Positions 1 through 11,470 of a DNA stretch of 33,681 nucleotides are shown here, in pieces. A model generated the notes under the pieces. It did not search any database. It had not been told where the DNA came from and saw nothing but the letters and a program-made list of their open reading frames with translations. The stretch covers positions 8,922,152 through 8,955,832 of the forward strand of contig NC_068981.1 in assembly GCF_001194135.2 (NCBI RefSeq), read 5' to 3'. The position numbers and the translations under genes are program-made. Each line of letters begins with the position of its first letter. Positions within the stretch are counted from its first letter, which is position 1. Source of the DNA: Octopus bimaculoides (lineage: Eukaryota).

Positions 1-35
<35 letters not shown>

Positions 36-45
36 AGAGAAAGGA

Positions 46-100
<55 letters not shown>

Positions 101-112
101 TAGACAGACAGA
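1..112 (+). repeat. (TA)n followed by (GACA)n microsatellite
   Basis: Seen directly. Confidence 0.95.
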
Positions 113-724
113 GAGGAAGTATAGCAAGTTCTAAACTAGCCAGGACAACTGAATTAAATGGTGAAAACATGTGTGAACAATTATTTGAAGAAATATATCA
201 GTAATTCTACGGCGTGGAGTTGGCGCATATTTAGGCAACGCAAAACGTTAATACGGACTCTCAAAATAAGAGGCTCCGTCTGAACAAATAGGAAAGAATT
301 TTGAAGCAAGTGGATATTTTATAAACATTAGTTGGCTCAAGTTACTGGTTGGTATTTCTGTTAACAACAGCATCTGTCGACAACAGTTTCTGTCTTCAAT
401 GTAACACTCATTGTTCTGGTTTTGTTATTTTAAGCACGGTAGGCGGCGGAGGCGGCGGCGGCGGAGGCCGTTGTAGGGCAGCAGAAATGGTAAAGTGCTG
501 CTGGACGAGGTGCAATATGATATCTAGTCTCGTCGGTCGATTTTCTTCGCCATTTAAAAACTTAATATATAGTTACTCAGTTCAATTCCAGTCGAGGTTA
601 CCTCTGCTTACATCCTTCCAAGGTTGTTCTTAATGTTTTTAACCCCAAGTCAGATCTCATTAAGCAGATCCATGGTGAAAAATGTCCCAATCATGACCAC
701 CACGTCTTCCATTCAACCATATCA

Positions 725-855
725 GTTTCAAATTTTTGGTACCAGGCCAGCAATTTCGGGGAAAGGGCTAAGTCGATTATATCGGCCCCGCTGATTCACT
801 GGTGCTTATTTTTATCGAACCCAAAAGTCGACCTCGGCAGAATTTGAACTCAGCA
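725..855 (-). mobile_element. SINE family C fragment
   Basis: Reverse complement contains gagttcaaattctgccgaggtcgac...tcgataaaaataagcaccag...ggcctggtaccaaaaatttgaaac, shared with the other family C copies. Confidence 0.75.
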
Positions 856-1996
856 TTCCTCTTCATTTCTTGAGTAAGCTGAGGGTCTGTCGTTATTATT
901 TTCTGAAACAAAGATTATACAATCGTAACTCGCAAATGAATACTGCTGGCAGTACCGTGCAAGCAGTCGATAAGAGCTCGCCACAGCTGACAAAGTAAAG
1001 TATTGATTTTTTCCAGTTGGGAGTGTGTCACGTTTTTTTCGCTGGCTCAAGCCAAATCCTAAGCGAATTGAGAGTAGTCTATTTATGTTGGGGGCGCGGA
1101 ATTTCGAGGAAAAAATTGTAAGAAAAAGCGTCAAAGAGAGCACACATGTCAAATTTGGTGAAATTCGGTTGAAAATTGTAGGAGTATANNNNNNNNNNNN
1201 NNNNNNNNNNNNNNNNNNNNNNNNNNNNNNNNNNNNNNNNNNNNNNNNNNNNNNNNNNNNNNNNNNNNNNNNNNNNNNNNNNNNNNNNNNNNNNNNNNNN
1301 NNNNNNNNNNNNNNNNNNNNNNNNNNNNNNNNNNNNNNNNNNNNNNNNNNNNNNNNNNNNNNNNNNNNNNNNNNNNNNNNNNNNNNNNNNNNNNNNNNNN
1401 NNNNNNNNNNNNNNNNNNNNNNNNNNNNNNNNNNNNNNNNNNNNNNNNNNNNNNNNNNNNNNNNNNNNNNNNNNNNNNNNNNNNNNNNNNNNNNNNNNNN
1501 NNNNNNNNNNNNNNNNNNNNNNNNNNNNNNNNNNNNNNNNNNNNNNNNNNNNNNNNNNNNNNNNNNNNNNNNNNNNNNNNNNNNNNNNNNNNNNNNNNNN
1601 NNNNNNNNNNNNNNAAAGAAAGTTATCCACGAGGTTTCTGACTGCATCGAAATGATTTAGATAATTTTTTTTTCATTCAAGGAATTTATAGGGACCTAAA
1701 CAAATGAAAATCACATGGGAAAGTATGGCGGTTGCACTAAGCGACCCTACTCAAGCTCATGTAACTTTATGCAGGTAAGCAAAAATACATATTTGTAAGA
1801 CATTCCAGAAATTCTCCACTTGAGATTCTTATGTGAATAGATGCACACACATGGGTGTAGTATGCATCGTCAGTTCAACCAACACAGCAACTCAGCCACA
1901 GATTTACAAATACTGGGAACTCTCTTAACTCAAAAAGTCTTGTTGTTTTATTAGCGACAGGCTTGAACTCTCCCAAATAGAACTCAAAGGAAAATT

Positions 1997-2456
1997 ATAT
2001 ACATACATACATACATACATACATACATACATACATACATACACTCATACATACACGCATACACACACACATACATACATACATACATACATACATACAT
2101 ACATACATACATACACTCATACATACACACATACATACACACACATACATACATCCATCCATACATACATACATACATACATACACTCATACATACACAC
2201 ATACATACACACACATACATACATCCATCCATCCATACATACATACATACACGCATACATACACACACATACATACATACATACATACATACACTCATAC
2301 ATACACTCATACACACATACATACTTTCATACATACATACATACACTCATACATCCATGCATACATCATACATACATACATACATACATACATACATACA
2401 TACATGCATACATAGATACATACATACATACATACATACATACATACATACATACA

Positions 2457-2487
<31 letters not shown>
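1997..2487 (+). repeat. Compound (TACA)n/(CA)n microsatellite
   Basis: Seen directly; it generates the spurious MYVC/HTYI ORFs. Confidence 0.95.
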
Positions 2488-2488
<1 letters not shown>

Positions 2489-3525
2489 ATTGGTGCACCT
2501 GCTTTGCCTAAGCGACAATCTGGTAGTTTTTGCCATGTGGGTGACCCTGCTTTTGAAGATCAGTTTTCGTCTCTGCCAGAGCTTACCAGTGTGATATGCT
2601 GCCATTCCCATTGAGAGATTACAGGTACAGGGTGATAAGATACGGTTGGCTTCGTGTATCAGTGTCCAACAATCAAGTCTTGATGGTGCTTTTAAAATTC
2701 TCAAGATTTTGAATTACAGTCAAAAGACTATCACCATATTAACGCTGGTGGGCAGCATGAGATGTGTTGCGATGTCACTAACAGCGAAACCACATTGTTC
2801 AAACATTGTTCACACTTTTGTCTTTCTCGATAAAGTGACATTCATTAACTTTGTTCTTATGTTCAACAAATGTCTTTTGGCGTAATTGTTTCGCAATAAA
2901 ATAATTTAGCTTTGGTTGTAGATTGTCTCTATTTGCTTTTAATCTATTCATATATTCAAAAGCGGGGCTTTTTGCTTCGCTCTTTTATAACAAACAATCT
3001 ATTATTCAGTTCATAACTCCAAGAAAAATACGTTTTTTTTTCTTTTTGGTTTCGGTTTCTTCTAAAACCACAGCTGAAGAAGACTCTGTTTACTTTTTGA
3101 GATGTTTTCCTTCTGTTCTTCAACTGTATTTTTCTTGTTGTTGTTGTTGTTGACGACCACCACTACTACCACGATGAGGATGATGATGTTGTATCCAGCC
3201 GTGTTGTTTGTAGTAATTCTCTGTGCTGTATAATCAAGTTTCTTATGAAAATCACTGCGATCTTCAGTAAATGCTCTTTCATTCAATTCTCCTGGAGATT
3301 AACCAGTCATTTAACAGGGCTGATAGTTGTAGCCTCAAAGCAGAGACAGAATTCATCGTACACTCGATGAATAGTCTCGATGAACGGTCTTCTACATTGA
3401 ATCGCTATATCATTATTCAGCTTTCTTTCAAGATTTCTGACCAATAGAAAAAAAACCCATTTCCAACCAAGATCCAATTCTCCTCCATTGCAATTTCAAC
3501 AACTTCTACAGCGTATTTTTGCATG

Positions 3526-4047
3526 TATTCTTTTTATTCTTTTACTTGTTTCATTCATTTGACTGCGGCCATGCTGGAGAACGGCCTTTATTCGAAGAAA
3601 TCGATACCAGGGCTTATTCTGTGTAAGCCTATTACTTATTCTATTGTCTCTTTTGCCGAGCTGCTAGGTTACGGGGACGTAAACACACCGACATCGGTTG
3701 TCAGTAATTTACATCCAAATAAACGAAATCATGCTTCCAGTGATTTATAAGACGTGATTGGATGGGATACACTGTTCCATTCATGTACTTTTTGGATCAA
3801 TAGACACATATATATATATTAGAATAATTAAAATAATAAAATTTAAATGAAGATATTCTATTCGAGTATATAATGATGACATATATACGACGGGCTTCTT
3901 TCAGTTTCCGTCTACCAAATCCACTCACAAGGCTTTGGTTGGCCCGAGCCTATAGTAGAAGTCACTTGCCCAAGGTGCCACGCAGTGGAACTGAACCCGG
4001 AACCATGTGGTTGGGAGGCAAGCTTCTTACCACACAGTCACGCCTGC
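3526..4047 (-). mobile_element. tRNA-derived SINE, family A (bipartite, AT-rich centre)
   Basis: The reverse complement of 3887-4047 matches 6945-7103, and that of 3526-3710 matches 7395-7583. tRNA-like head with A and B boxes. Confidence 0.88.
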
Positions 4048-4152
4048 GCCAGTGTATGTGTGTATCTATGCAGTATTTCGAGTCAGAGCATGTACAAGTT
4101 TGTATGTTTTGTTTTATGTATATATTTTCATGCATATAGTCTAGACATGCGC

Positions 4153-4153
<1 letters not shown>

Positions 4154-4183
<30 letters not shown>

Positions 4184-4255
4184 TGTAGGTAGGTAGGTAG
4201 GTAGGTAGGTAGGTAGGTAGGTAGGTAGGTAGGTAGGTGGGTAGGTGGGTAGGTG
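4154..4255 (+). repeat. (TATG)n grading into (TAGG)n/(TGGG)
   Basis: Seen directly. Confidence 0.95.
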
Positions 4256-4601
4256 GATCTGTAAAAGTTATTGAAGGACTACGTGGTATTACATTGGGTA
4301 ACGATTTAAGTCGGTCGCACCCAGAAATAGGGACCAACCCCTTCCCTTCCTTATAAGCTTGCTCGCAGTTTCTCACGACCAATAGTTTAGTGAACCCGAC
4401 ACATGGTAACGACGTGATTTGGGGTTCGATCTGATTACCCTGCCTGCTGAGCTGAGACCGAAGTGTCGTACGGTGGACCAAAGCCAAAACACGCGAAGAG
4501 AACATTTGAAACCCACATCCAGGTTTACCTGTTTCTGTATATGTGCCTGAGACTAAGTGAGTCTACGTACATACATGTGTGTGTGTGTGTATGTGCGTGT
4601 T

Positions 4602-4632
<31 letters not shown>

Positions 4633-5269
4633 GTGTGTCAGTGTCTTAGAGAGGGGCTGTTAATTCCACCGTAACCAAAATGATCCAGTAAGGATTGAAA
4701 TCGTTAATTTTGAATTAACCAAACTACTGTCATTTATAATTAAAACGCTTTCACAATTCTACTTTCCCCGTTGACATTAAATGTTTAGGGAGCTGACTTC
4801 ATGCTCGCCTCCTCCATTACTACCTCCAACCACCACCACTACCTCCAACCACCACCACCTCCTCCTCCTCCTCCTCCACCTCTGTCATTACCAACACCTC
4901 TTCCCTCCTCCTCCTCTCTTATCCACATTACGGGAAATATCAACATGACATTCGTATTACAAATATTTTTAGCAAAACAAATTCCGTGTTTATTTTGTAT
5001 TTCCTTTTTTGTTGTTGTTTGGGGTTGTTTTTGTTGCGAGGATAAAATAACAATGAAAGTGGGGGTGGACAAGAACCATAGTTAGCTAAGGTGATGATGA
5101 TGATGATGATGATAATGATGACGACGACGACGATGACAGTGATGATGTTGGTGGTGGTGTACAGCCATTTTGTCTCTATATTTTCTATCACTATCTTCTT
5201 CATCGTCATCATTACCAGCAACACCAGCATCAACAGCAGCAACAATAACGGGGGAGCCTCTACGCGGTC

Positions 5270-5465
5270 GTTTACCAGCAAGAAATAGCAGCCAAATCTC
5301 CTCTAAATCATACCCTTCCTGCTTAAATAAAGAAGGACATTGGACAGTACGATAGTATAGTCCTAGACATAAGAAAAGACTGGATAACCAGAGCGGTAAC
5401 GCCTTTGATCATTAAGCTACTGGAGCACGACTGACCTCGGGTTAAACAACAACAACAACAACAAA
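5270..5465 (+). mobile_element. Interspersed repeat family D (SINE-like, (AAC)n tail); related copies at ~625-715(-), ~14375-14545(+), ~18410-18570(+), ~27880-28030(-), ~29700-29740(-)
   Basis: Shared motifs gc(t/a)agaaatagcagccaaatc, and ...gcctttgatcat...ctgacct.ggg.taaacaacaac. Confidence 0.65.
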
Positions 5466-5498
5466 GTACACCAACACTAACAAACTTCACATAATCAC

Positions 5499-5572
5499 AA
5501 TTTACATACAGACCACCCCCACGGATAATTTACATACAGACCACCCCCACGGTTAATTTACATATAGACCAC
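5499..5572 (+). repeat. 28-bp minisatellite, ~2.6 copies (AATTTACATACAGACCACCCCCACGGAT)
   Basis: Units start at 5499, 5527 and 5555. Confidence 0.9.
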
Positions 5573-6368
5573 ACCTCCCTATATTTATTCATCGGTCTCT
5601 TAAATGTGGAGAATTGGATTTTTTAAAAGTTTGTGATACGAACGAAATAAGGAATGTCTAATACAAAGTGAAGAATAATATTCTTATATACCTGCATGTG
5701 TGTATGAAGTGACTTCGCCTGATTCTAACTCAGACATTTTCTTCGATGGCTGCAACCAAGGCATCAGGTATTTTTGCCAACCGTAGTAACTTCAGTAGCT
5801 ATGTGAGGGGGAATAGAATTGCATTCATACCTGTACGTCCTACCATACAGTAACAATGTTTCTGCGAAGTTCTCAGGCAATAGAGTCTTAATTACCAACA
5901 TTTATCGCATCCCCATAACTCTTTCTTTCTTCCTGCCTTCTCATCTTTCAGTTTATCGTTTGAGACGCAATAATCTTCAAGAAATTGCTACGGTTCGTTC
6001 ATAATATTACAGCAGCCTATAGGGCTTAGAGTTCTCTGCTGAGGAAATGTTTTTTGTTATTGACTACAAGGTTTCAACGTAGTGTGGCAAACCATTTTAA
6101 TATGTCGATTTGGCCTTCCATAGTTCTTTTAGATAACTATCTCTAACACGTCAACATCTGGACCTGAAACCAATTATCAGGTCTCTTCTGCTCCTTTCCC
6201 CCCCCCCACCACCNNNNNNNNNNCTGCTCCTTTCCCCCCCCCCACCACCACCACCAGTCATCTTTTTTTTTTTCTGCAGCATGGCTAAATCTTTCGACGT
6301 CAGCCATATTCGTTTTTACTGTTGATATTGCTACAGTATTCTCATTTTTATTGTTTATAGACATGTTG

Positions 6369-6880
6369 CATGTATGTATGTATGTATGTATGTACGTACG
6401 TACGTATGTATGTATGTATGTATGTATGTACGTACGTACGTATGTATGTATGCATGTATGTATGTATGTATGTATGTATGTACGTACGTAGGTATGTATG
6501 TATGTATGTATGTATGTACGTACGTAGGTATGTATGTATGCATGTATGTATGTATGTATGTATGTACGTACGTACGTATGTATGTATGTATGTATGTATG
6601 TACGTACGTAGGTATGTATGTATGCATGTATGTATGTATGTATGTACGTAGGTATGTATGTATGTATGTATGAACGTACGTAGGTATGTATGTATGCATG
6701 TATGTATGTATGTACGTACGTAGGTATGTATGCATGTATGTATGTATGTACGTACGTAGGTATGTATGTATGTATGCATGTATGTATGTATGTATGTATA
6801 GCCATGTTGCATGTATGTATGTATGAATGTATGTGTGTATGTATTTATGTGTGTGTATGTATCTTTGTATGTGTGTATGA
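6369..6880 (+). repeat. (TATG)n satellite with recurring TACG/TAGG/CATG variant units
   Basis: Seen directly. Confidence 0.95.
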
Positions 6881-6944
6881 ATGCATAAACGCATGCGCAT
6901 GTACAAGAATTGAAGAAAATAATGGAAACACCTTGTTAAATTGA

Positions 6945-7583
6945 CGGTATGGCAGTGTGGTAAGAAGCTTGCTTCCCAACTACATGGTTCCGGGTTCAGT
7001 CCCACTGCGTGGCACCTTGGGCAAGTATCTTCTACTATAGCCTCAGACCGAATAAAGCATTGTGAGTGGATTTAGCGGACGGAAACTGAAAGAAACCCGT
7101 CAGATATATATATGTATGTATATATATATATATATATATATATNNNNNNNNNNNNNNNNNNNNNNNNNNNNNNNNNNNNNNNNNNNNNNNNNNNNNNNNN
7201 NNNNNNNNNNNNNNNNNNNNNNNNNNNNNNNNNNNNNNNNNNNNNNNNNNNNNNNNNNNNNNNNNNNNNNNNNNNNNNNNNNNNNNNNNNNNNNNNNNNN
7301 NNNNNNNNNNNNNNNNNNNNNNNNNNNNNNNNNNNNNNNNNNNNNNNNNNNNNNNNNNNTATATATATATATATATTTGTGTATGTGTGTGTGTGTCTGT
7401 ATTTGTCCCCCACCATCGCCTGACAACTGATGTTAGTGTGTTTACGTCCCCGTAACTTAGCGGTTAAGCCAAAGAGACTGGCAGAATAAGTACTAGGCTT
7501 ACAAAGAATAAGTCCTGGGGTCGATTTCTTCGACTAAAAGCTGTGCTCCAGTATGGCTGCAGTCAAACGACTGAAACAAGTAA
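6945..7583 (+). mobile_element. tRNA-derived SINE, family A, nested in Tc1
   Basis: Box A TGGCAGTGTGG (6950-6960), box B GGTTCAGTCCC (6993-7003); central (TA)n/gap/(TG)n; 3' half ends gactgaaacaagtaaaaga. Confidence 0.88.
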
Positions 7584-7599
7584 AAGATTAAAAGAATAC

Positions 7600-7822
7600 G
7601 GAATTTAAGGTGGAGAATTGACAGAATCATTTGCATGCCGGACGAAATACTGACCGGTATTTCGTCCGTCTTTACGTTCTAAGTTCAAATTTCGCTGAAG
7701 TCGACATTTCCCTTCGTCCTTTCAGGGTCGATAAAATAAGTACCAGTTGAGGACTGGGATTACTGTAGTCGACTTATCCTCCCCTCCTCTAAAATTACTG
7801 GCCTTGGGCCAAAATTTGAAAC
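7600..7822 (+). mobile_element. SINE family C, nested in Tc1
   Basis: gaattgacagaatc...gttcaaatt...gtcgac...cctttcagggtcgataaaataagtaccag...ggccttgggccaaaatttgaaac followed by (ACT)n. Confidence 0.85.
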
Positions 7823-7828
7823 TACTAC

Positions 7829-8836
7829 TTAATACGGAGTTGGTTCACTTTTGGCATTACTCACAGCTTTAATACGTCGAGGAATTGACTGGTACAGCTT
7901 CTGAACGGTTGCTAGCAGGATTTTGAGCCATTCTTCACGTAAAACCTGCTTTGACTCTTTCAGCGACGATGGCAGAGAGAAACGGTTCCACACTTGCTGT
8001 TCCGAAATGAACTCCAAATGTTCGATTATGCTGAGATCTAGGGATTGGTGGGAACCAATTCCTATGGTCTACCTCACTTTTGTGCTCTTCGTAACAGTTT
8101 TGAATAACATCAGCCGTATGAACCGGTGCATTATCCTCATGAAAGATTGTGCTCCCATCAGGGAACAATGTTTGTACCTTAGAATGAACATGATCAGCCC
8201 AAATACTCAAATAATCCTTGGAATTAACTCTGCCATATAGAATAACTAAAGTGCAAAGGGAATTCTGGGATATGGCTGTCGAAATCCTTATAGAAACAGC
8301 CCTTCACTCTTCGTGGTAGGAGTCAAACTGTCAGGTTTAAATCTTCCTTTGGGCTGTCACCAGACATAAACATACCCTGCAGTGGGAAAAAAATGGTGAA
8401 TGATGATTCATCAGAGAAGATGAAGTTTTTCCATTGAGCCATTGACCATTTCTGAGAGTTTAAACATCATTTTTGATATTGATGAGGAACGGGAGAGCTT
8501 TAGCAATTGTAGCCTTCCCATGGAATCCAGCTTTATGGAACTCAAGACAAACGGTTTTGGTTGACAAGGTGGTGATTTAGCTGAGTTGCCACTTTTGCTG
8601 GCGTAGTTCGATGGCTTCAAATACGTTTCATTATTCTGTATTCCATCTTTGTGAGATTTACCTTCCATCCAAAATCACACTTGCCAGCATTGGTTTTCGC
8701 TTGGTTTTCGAATGACTATGATTTTAGAGACAGTATCTCTGGCCACATTAAACAATCCAGCAGTTTTAGTGACTAGAGTTCCAATAATCTTCGCCTCAAC
8801 GATTTGTTCTCTTTAGAAATCAGTTAGGTTATGCAT
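7829..8836 (-). pseudogene. Tc1 (DD34E-type) transposase pseudogene, ~335 codons with stops and frameshifts
   Basis: Manual minus-strand translation: MHNLTDF*REQIVEAKIIGTLVTKTAGLFNVARDTVSKI (HTH), HRTTPAKVATQLNHHL, ELHKAGFHGKATIAK, WKNFIFSDESSFT (first D), FHEDNAPVHTA (second D), C-terminal EEWLKI...LYQSIPRRIKAVSNAKSEPTPY*. Confidence 0.93.
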
Positions 8837-9049
8837 TGATCTTATTGAAATATATTTTTAAAAAACAGATTGCTTTATCAGGACGTACAAGTCATACGTA
8901 ACACATATGAACACACGTGCACAGAGTAAAGCAGACTTGGATTTGCCAATAGAAAAAAAATAGTTAAATATCAAAGTAGCGTTTCCATTATTTTGTCCAA
9001 CCATTACACATATGAGCAGGTATGGATGTTATTGAATATGTGGATCTTA

Positions 9050-10634
9050 TTACACTCTAAACTTTATGAATGTTTTACATATTTTGACAGTGCCTCTGAC
9101 TGTTTATGGCTGTAATTTTCTGATCAGACGCCTTCTCTGTGGTTTTGTCAAACTCAGCTTCTCAAGATTGGTACTAAGTCACCAATAATTATTGTCAGAA
9201 ATCTAAACTTATGATCCAGATGGAGTAACTACAATTTCTCATTAGTTCGTCGTAGATGTTCTCTTTTTCATTTATTTTTAACCCTCGGTTCACAAATGCT
9301 GGACAACTGATCTCAACTGTTGTGCATAGTTTCCAACCTCTGTCTCAGATCATTATGTCTGGTCTGTTCTGCTTACATTTTATTGAAGTCTTGACAGATA
9401 TATTATACCTGTTTTCTTTCATATTAGATCCTGTCCTCCGCATCACTGTAGCTTCTTATATTTGTCTCCTCGAGATTATCTTACCTACAGATTTCGTTAT
9501 ATAATGTTCTAATCACATCATGTCCTGTAAGTAGGTAATACTTGTGATGTTGGTGACATCCTCTACGGAGTCTTTATCAGTTATTGCTTGAAGATACTTT
9601 ACCTGCATCCCTATCGTTTTTTGTACCTCTGGTATTTTGTTGTGGAACTATTCCAACCACCCCTCAAGTGACTAAAGGTAGACTCACTCATTGTTATAAA
9701 TTAAAGAACTGTGAGCGATTGGCATTTCGGGTTGGTAAGCAGTTCACCGTGAGCCGTGATTGATAGCGTTGAGTCTTGTGTAATAGTAATAGTAGTGCGT
9801 CGTGTAAATGCTTTCTTTTGCCCTGCTTTGATGTGTTATATATCCAATATAAAGATATAAACTATTTCCTGTTCTTGTATTGCAGAAGTATATCTTTCCA
9901 AACGAGAGCTAATACCTCAGTTGTTAATCCAAGATAAACTAATTTGATCATCAACGTTTCTGTTACTGTGAAGTCTTCTAGGAATATAGTCATGCACAAC
10001 CTTTTACTTGTATACATACAAATACTCTTCTGGTGACTTAGTACTTTGGAGTTGTGCACCTTCTCAGGATGCATGTCCCTTTGGTCATCATTCCAGGTAT
10101 ACTTTCTGAGAAGCTCCTTTCCAACTCTCATCATGCTACCTATTTCATGTAAACATACTTGATCCATGGCAGGACTTCGACATTTGGTGATTACTAGATG
10201 TTCTCGAAGAAATATAGCGCAATATTTAAAAGTTGTATCAATCGATGTTCATTCTCTGACATCTTGTTTACGTTTAAAGTAAAGATGTCTACATCACTGC
10301 TGATGTGGAAATTCCTAGAAAAGCTTAACTATTTTCAGGTTTTTACCTCAATAACTCGGATCTTATCCACCAAACATTTAATCCAAGTGTTGGTATGCCT
10401 GGTATGACAAACGTACTACCGATTTATTACCTTTCAGAAATTTCCGAGGACCATATTTTCTTTATCTTGATGTTATAATCCCTGGTTACACGCTCTTTCT
10501 TACAGGTTCCATTACTGGAAATATTTTCATCTACTCCTGAGTATTTGTAGCATTCCTCATCAGACACAGCAGAAATAGCCAAGCCAATAGGAATGATGTT
10601 AGATGAGTTTGGAGTTCCACTTCGTTTTACAACC
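9050..10634 (-). mobile_element. 5'-truncated, degenerate RLE-type non-LTR retrotransposon (R4/Dong-like)
   Basis: Minus-strand fragments across frameshifts: late RT region ECYKYSGVDENISSNGTCKKERVTRDYNIKIKKIWSSEIS; zinc-knuckle remnant VEDVTNI...GHDVIRTLYNEICR; PD-(D/E)xK endonuclease KCKQNRPDIMI*DRGWKLCTTVEISCP; terminal RKLQP*TVRGTVKICKTFIKFRV*. The RLE class is well supported; the R4/Dong clade is from recalled similarity. Confidence 0.85.
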
Positions 10635-10851
10635 GCGTGTGTATGTATATATGTGTGCGTGTACGTATGTATGCGTGTGTGTACGTGTGCGTATGTGTAT
10701 GTGTGCGTGCGTGCATGCGTGCATGCGTGTGTGTGTATATGAGTGTGTGTGTGTGTAAAATTTATGCCATTGAAAGTTTATTCAAGAATGTTAAACATTT
10801 ATAGAAACCATGTGTGGTTTCTTATGTATAATGTCTTTTCTTCTTCTTTTT

Positions 10852-10931
<80 letters not shown>

Positions 10932-10960
10932 CATCATCATTATTATTATTAGCATTATTA
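10635..10960 (+). repeat. Mixed (GT)n block (10635-10755) and (TCT)n(TAT)n(CAT)n block (10838-10960)
   Basis: Seen directly. Confidence 0.9.
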
Positions 10961-10964
10961 TTTA

Positions 10965-11192
10965 GGCGGTGAGCTGGCAGAACCATTAGTATTCCGGGCA
11001 AAATGCTTCGCGATATTTTACCCGCCTTTACATTCTGAGTTCAAACTCCACCAGCGTCGACTTTACTTTTCATCCTTTTGGGGTCGATAAACTACGTACC
11101 AGTGCAATACTAGGGTCGATTTAATTGACTAGTCCTCTCCCCAAAATTTCAGGCCTTGTGCCTATAATAGAAATGATAGTAGTAGTAGTAGT
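10965..11192 (+). mobile_element. SINE family C with (AGT)n tail, ending ~85 nt upstream of the 52-nt exon
   Basis: ggcggtgagctggcagaacc...gagttcaaactcc...gtcgac...catccttttggggtcgataa...aggccttgtgcc. Confidence 0.87.
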
Positions 11193-11277
11193 AAAGGCCA
11201 ATAATGTTATATTTCCTATTTGTTGTCTGCAACTGAAAGCGATTTCACAGAACTGAATTTGTGTTCCTCTCTTCCAG

Positions 11278-11329
11278 ATATTCTATATGTCCGTAGTCAT
11301 CTATGCACCCGCCATTACCATCAGTCAAA
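11278..11329 (+). CDS. SLC5A8-like: SLC5 exon, 52 nt (IFYMSVVIYAPAITISQ + 1 nt)
   Basis: Acceptor gtgttcctctcttccAG, donor GTAAGT; peptide matches the SMCT/NIS motif ILYxGIVIYAPALAL. Confidence 0.92.
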
Positions 11330-11439
11330 GTAAGTCTGTCTTTATTCGTTTTCATTCTAACTTCACTCTCTTTTTTTTATTTTCCTTTCCTTTTTTTTAT
11401 TTTCCTTTCCTCACCGTTTGCTTTTTACTTGTTTAGCAT

Positions 11440-11470
<31 letters not shown>

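Larger units (their letters stand above)
6902..9005 (-). mobile_element. Tc1-family DNA transposon, full length but decayed, with SINEs nested in its 3' UTR
   Basis: Inverted termini: TTGAAGAAAATAATGGAAAC (6910-6929) versus the reverse complement of 8981-9000, TTGGACAAAATAATGGAAAC (18/20, with a 14-nt perfect core). A transposase pseudogene lies between them. Outer boundaries are approximate. Confidence 0.8.

Noticed and set aside
1020-1188. Repeat-like segment ending aaatttggtgaaattcggttgaaaattgtaggag, reminiscent of non-autonomous DNA/Helitron-associated elements
   Set aside because: Single copy in the window and cut off by a gap, so no termini can be tested.
1682-1780. Strong donor GCAG|GTAAGC at 1775 with an upstream polypyrimidine AG, as a candidate for the missing SLC5 exon
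   Set aside because: The phase-0 reading has a TAA, no AG gives a 66-nt exon, and the peptide lacks YLExRF similarity. A non-coding exon cannot be excluded.
3190-3510. Possible transposase remnants on the minus strand here and at 5690-6000 (LISRRIE; AAIEENV*VRIRR)
   Set aside because: Only a few residues resemble Tc1/mariner proteins, with no TIRs or catalytic motifs; not supportable without a search.
6188-6249. 26-nt direct repeat on either side of a 10-N gap
   Set aside because: Typical unmerged contig overlap, i.e. an assembly artefact.
1984-7005. Long MYVC/HTYI-type ORFs in the ORF track (and the poly-X, ERER, SLSL and CVCV ORFs elsewhere)
   Set aside because: They are translations of microsatellites and N-gaps, not genes.
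11249-11277. Alternative acceptor (cacAG) 27 nt upstream of the 52-nt exon
   Set aside because: It adds an immediate in-frame TGA and there is no expression evidence; the downstream AG has the better pyrimidine tract.
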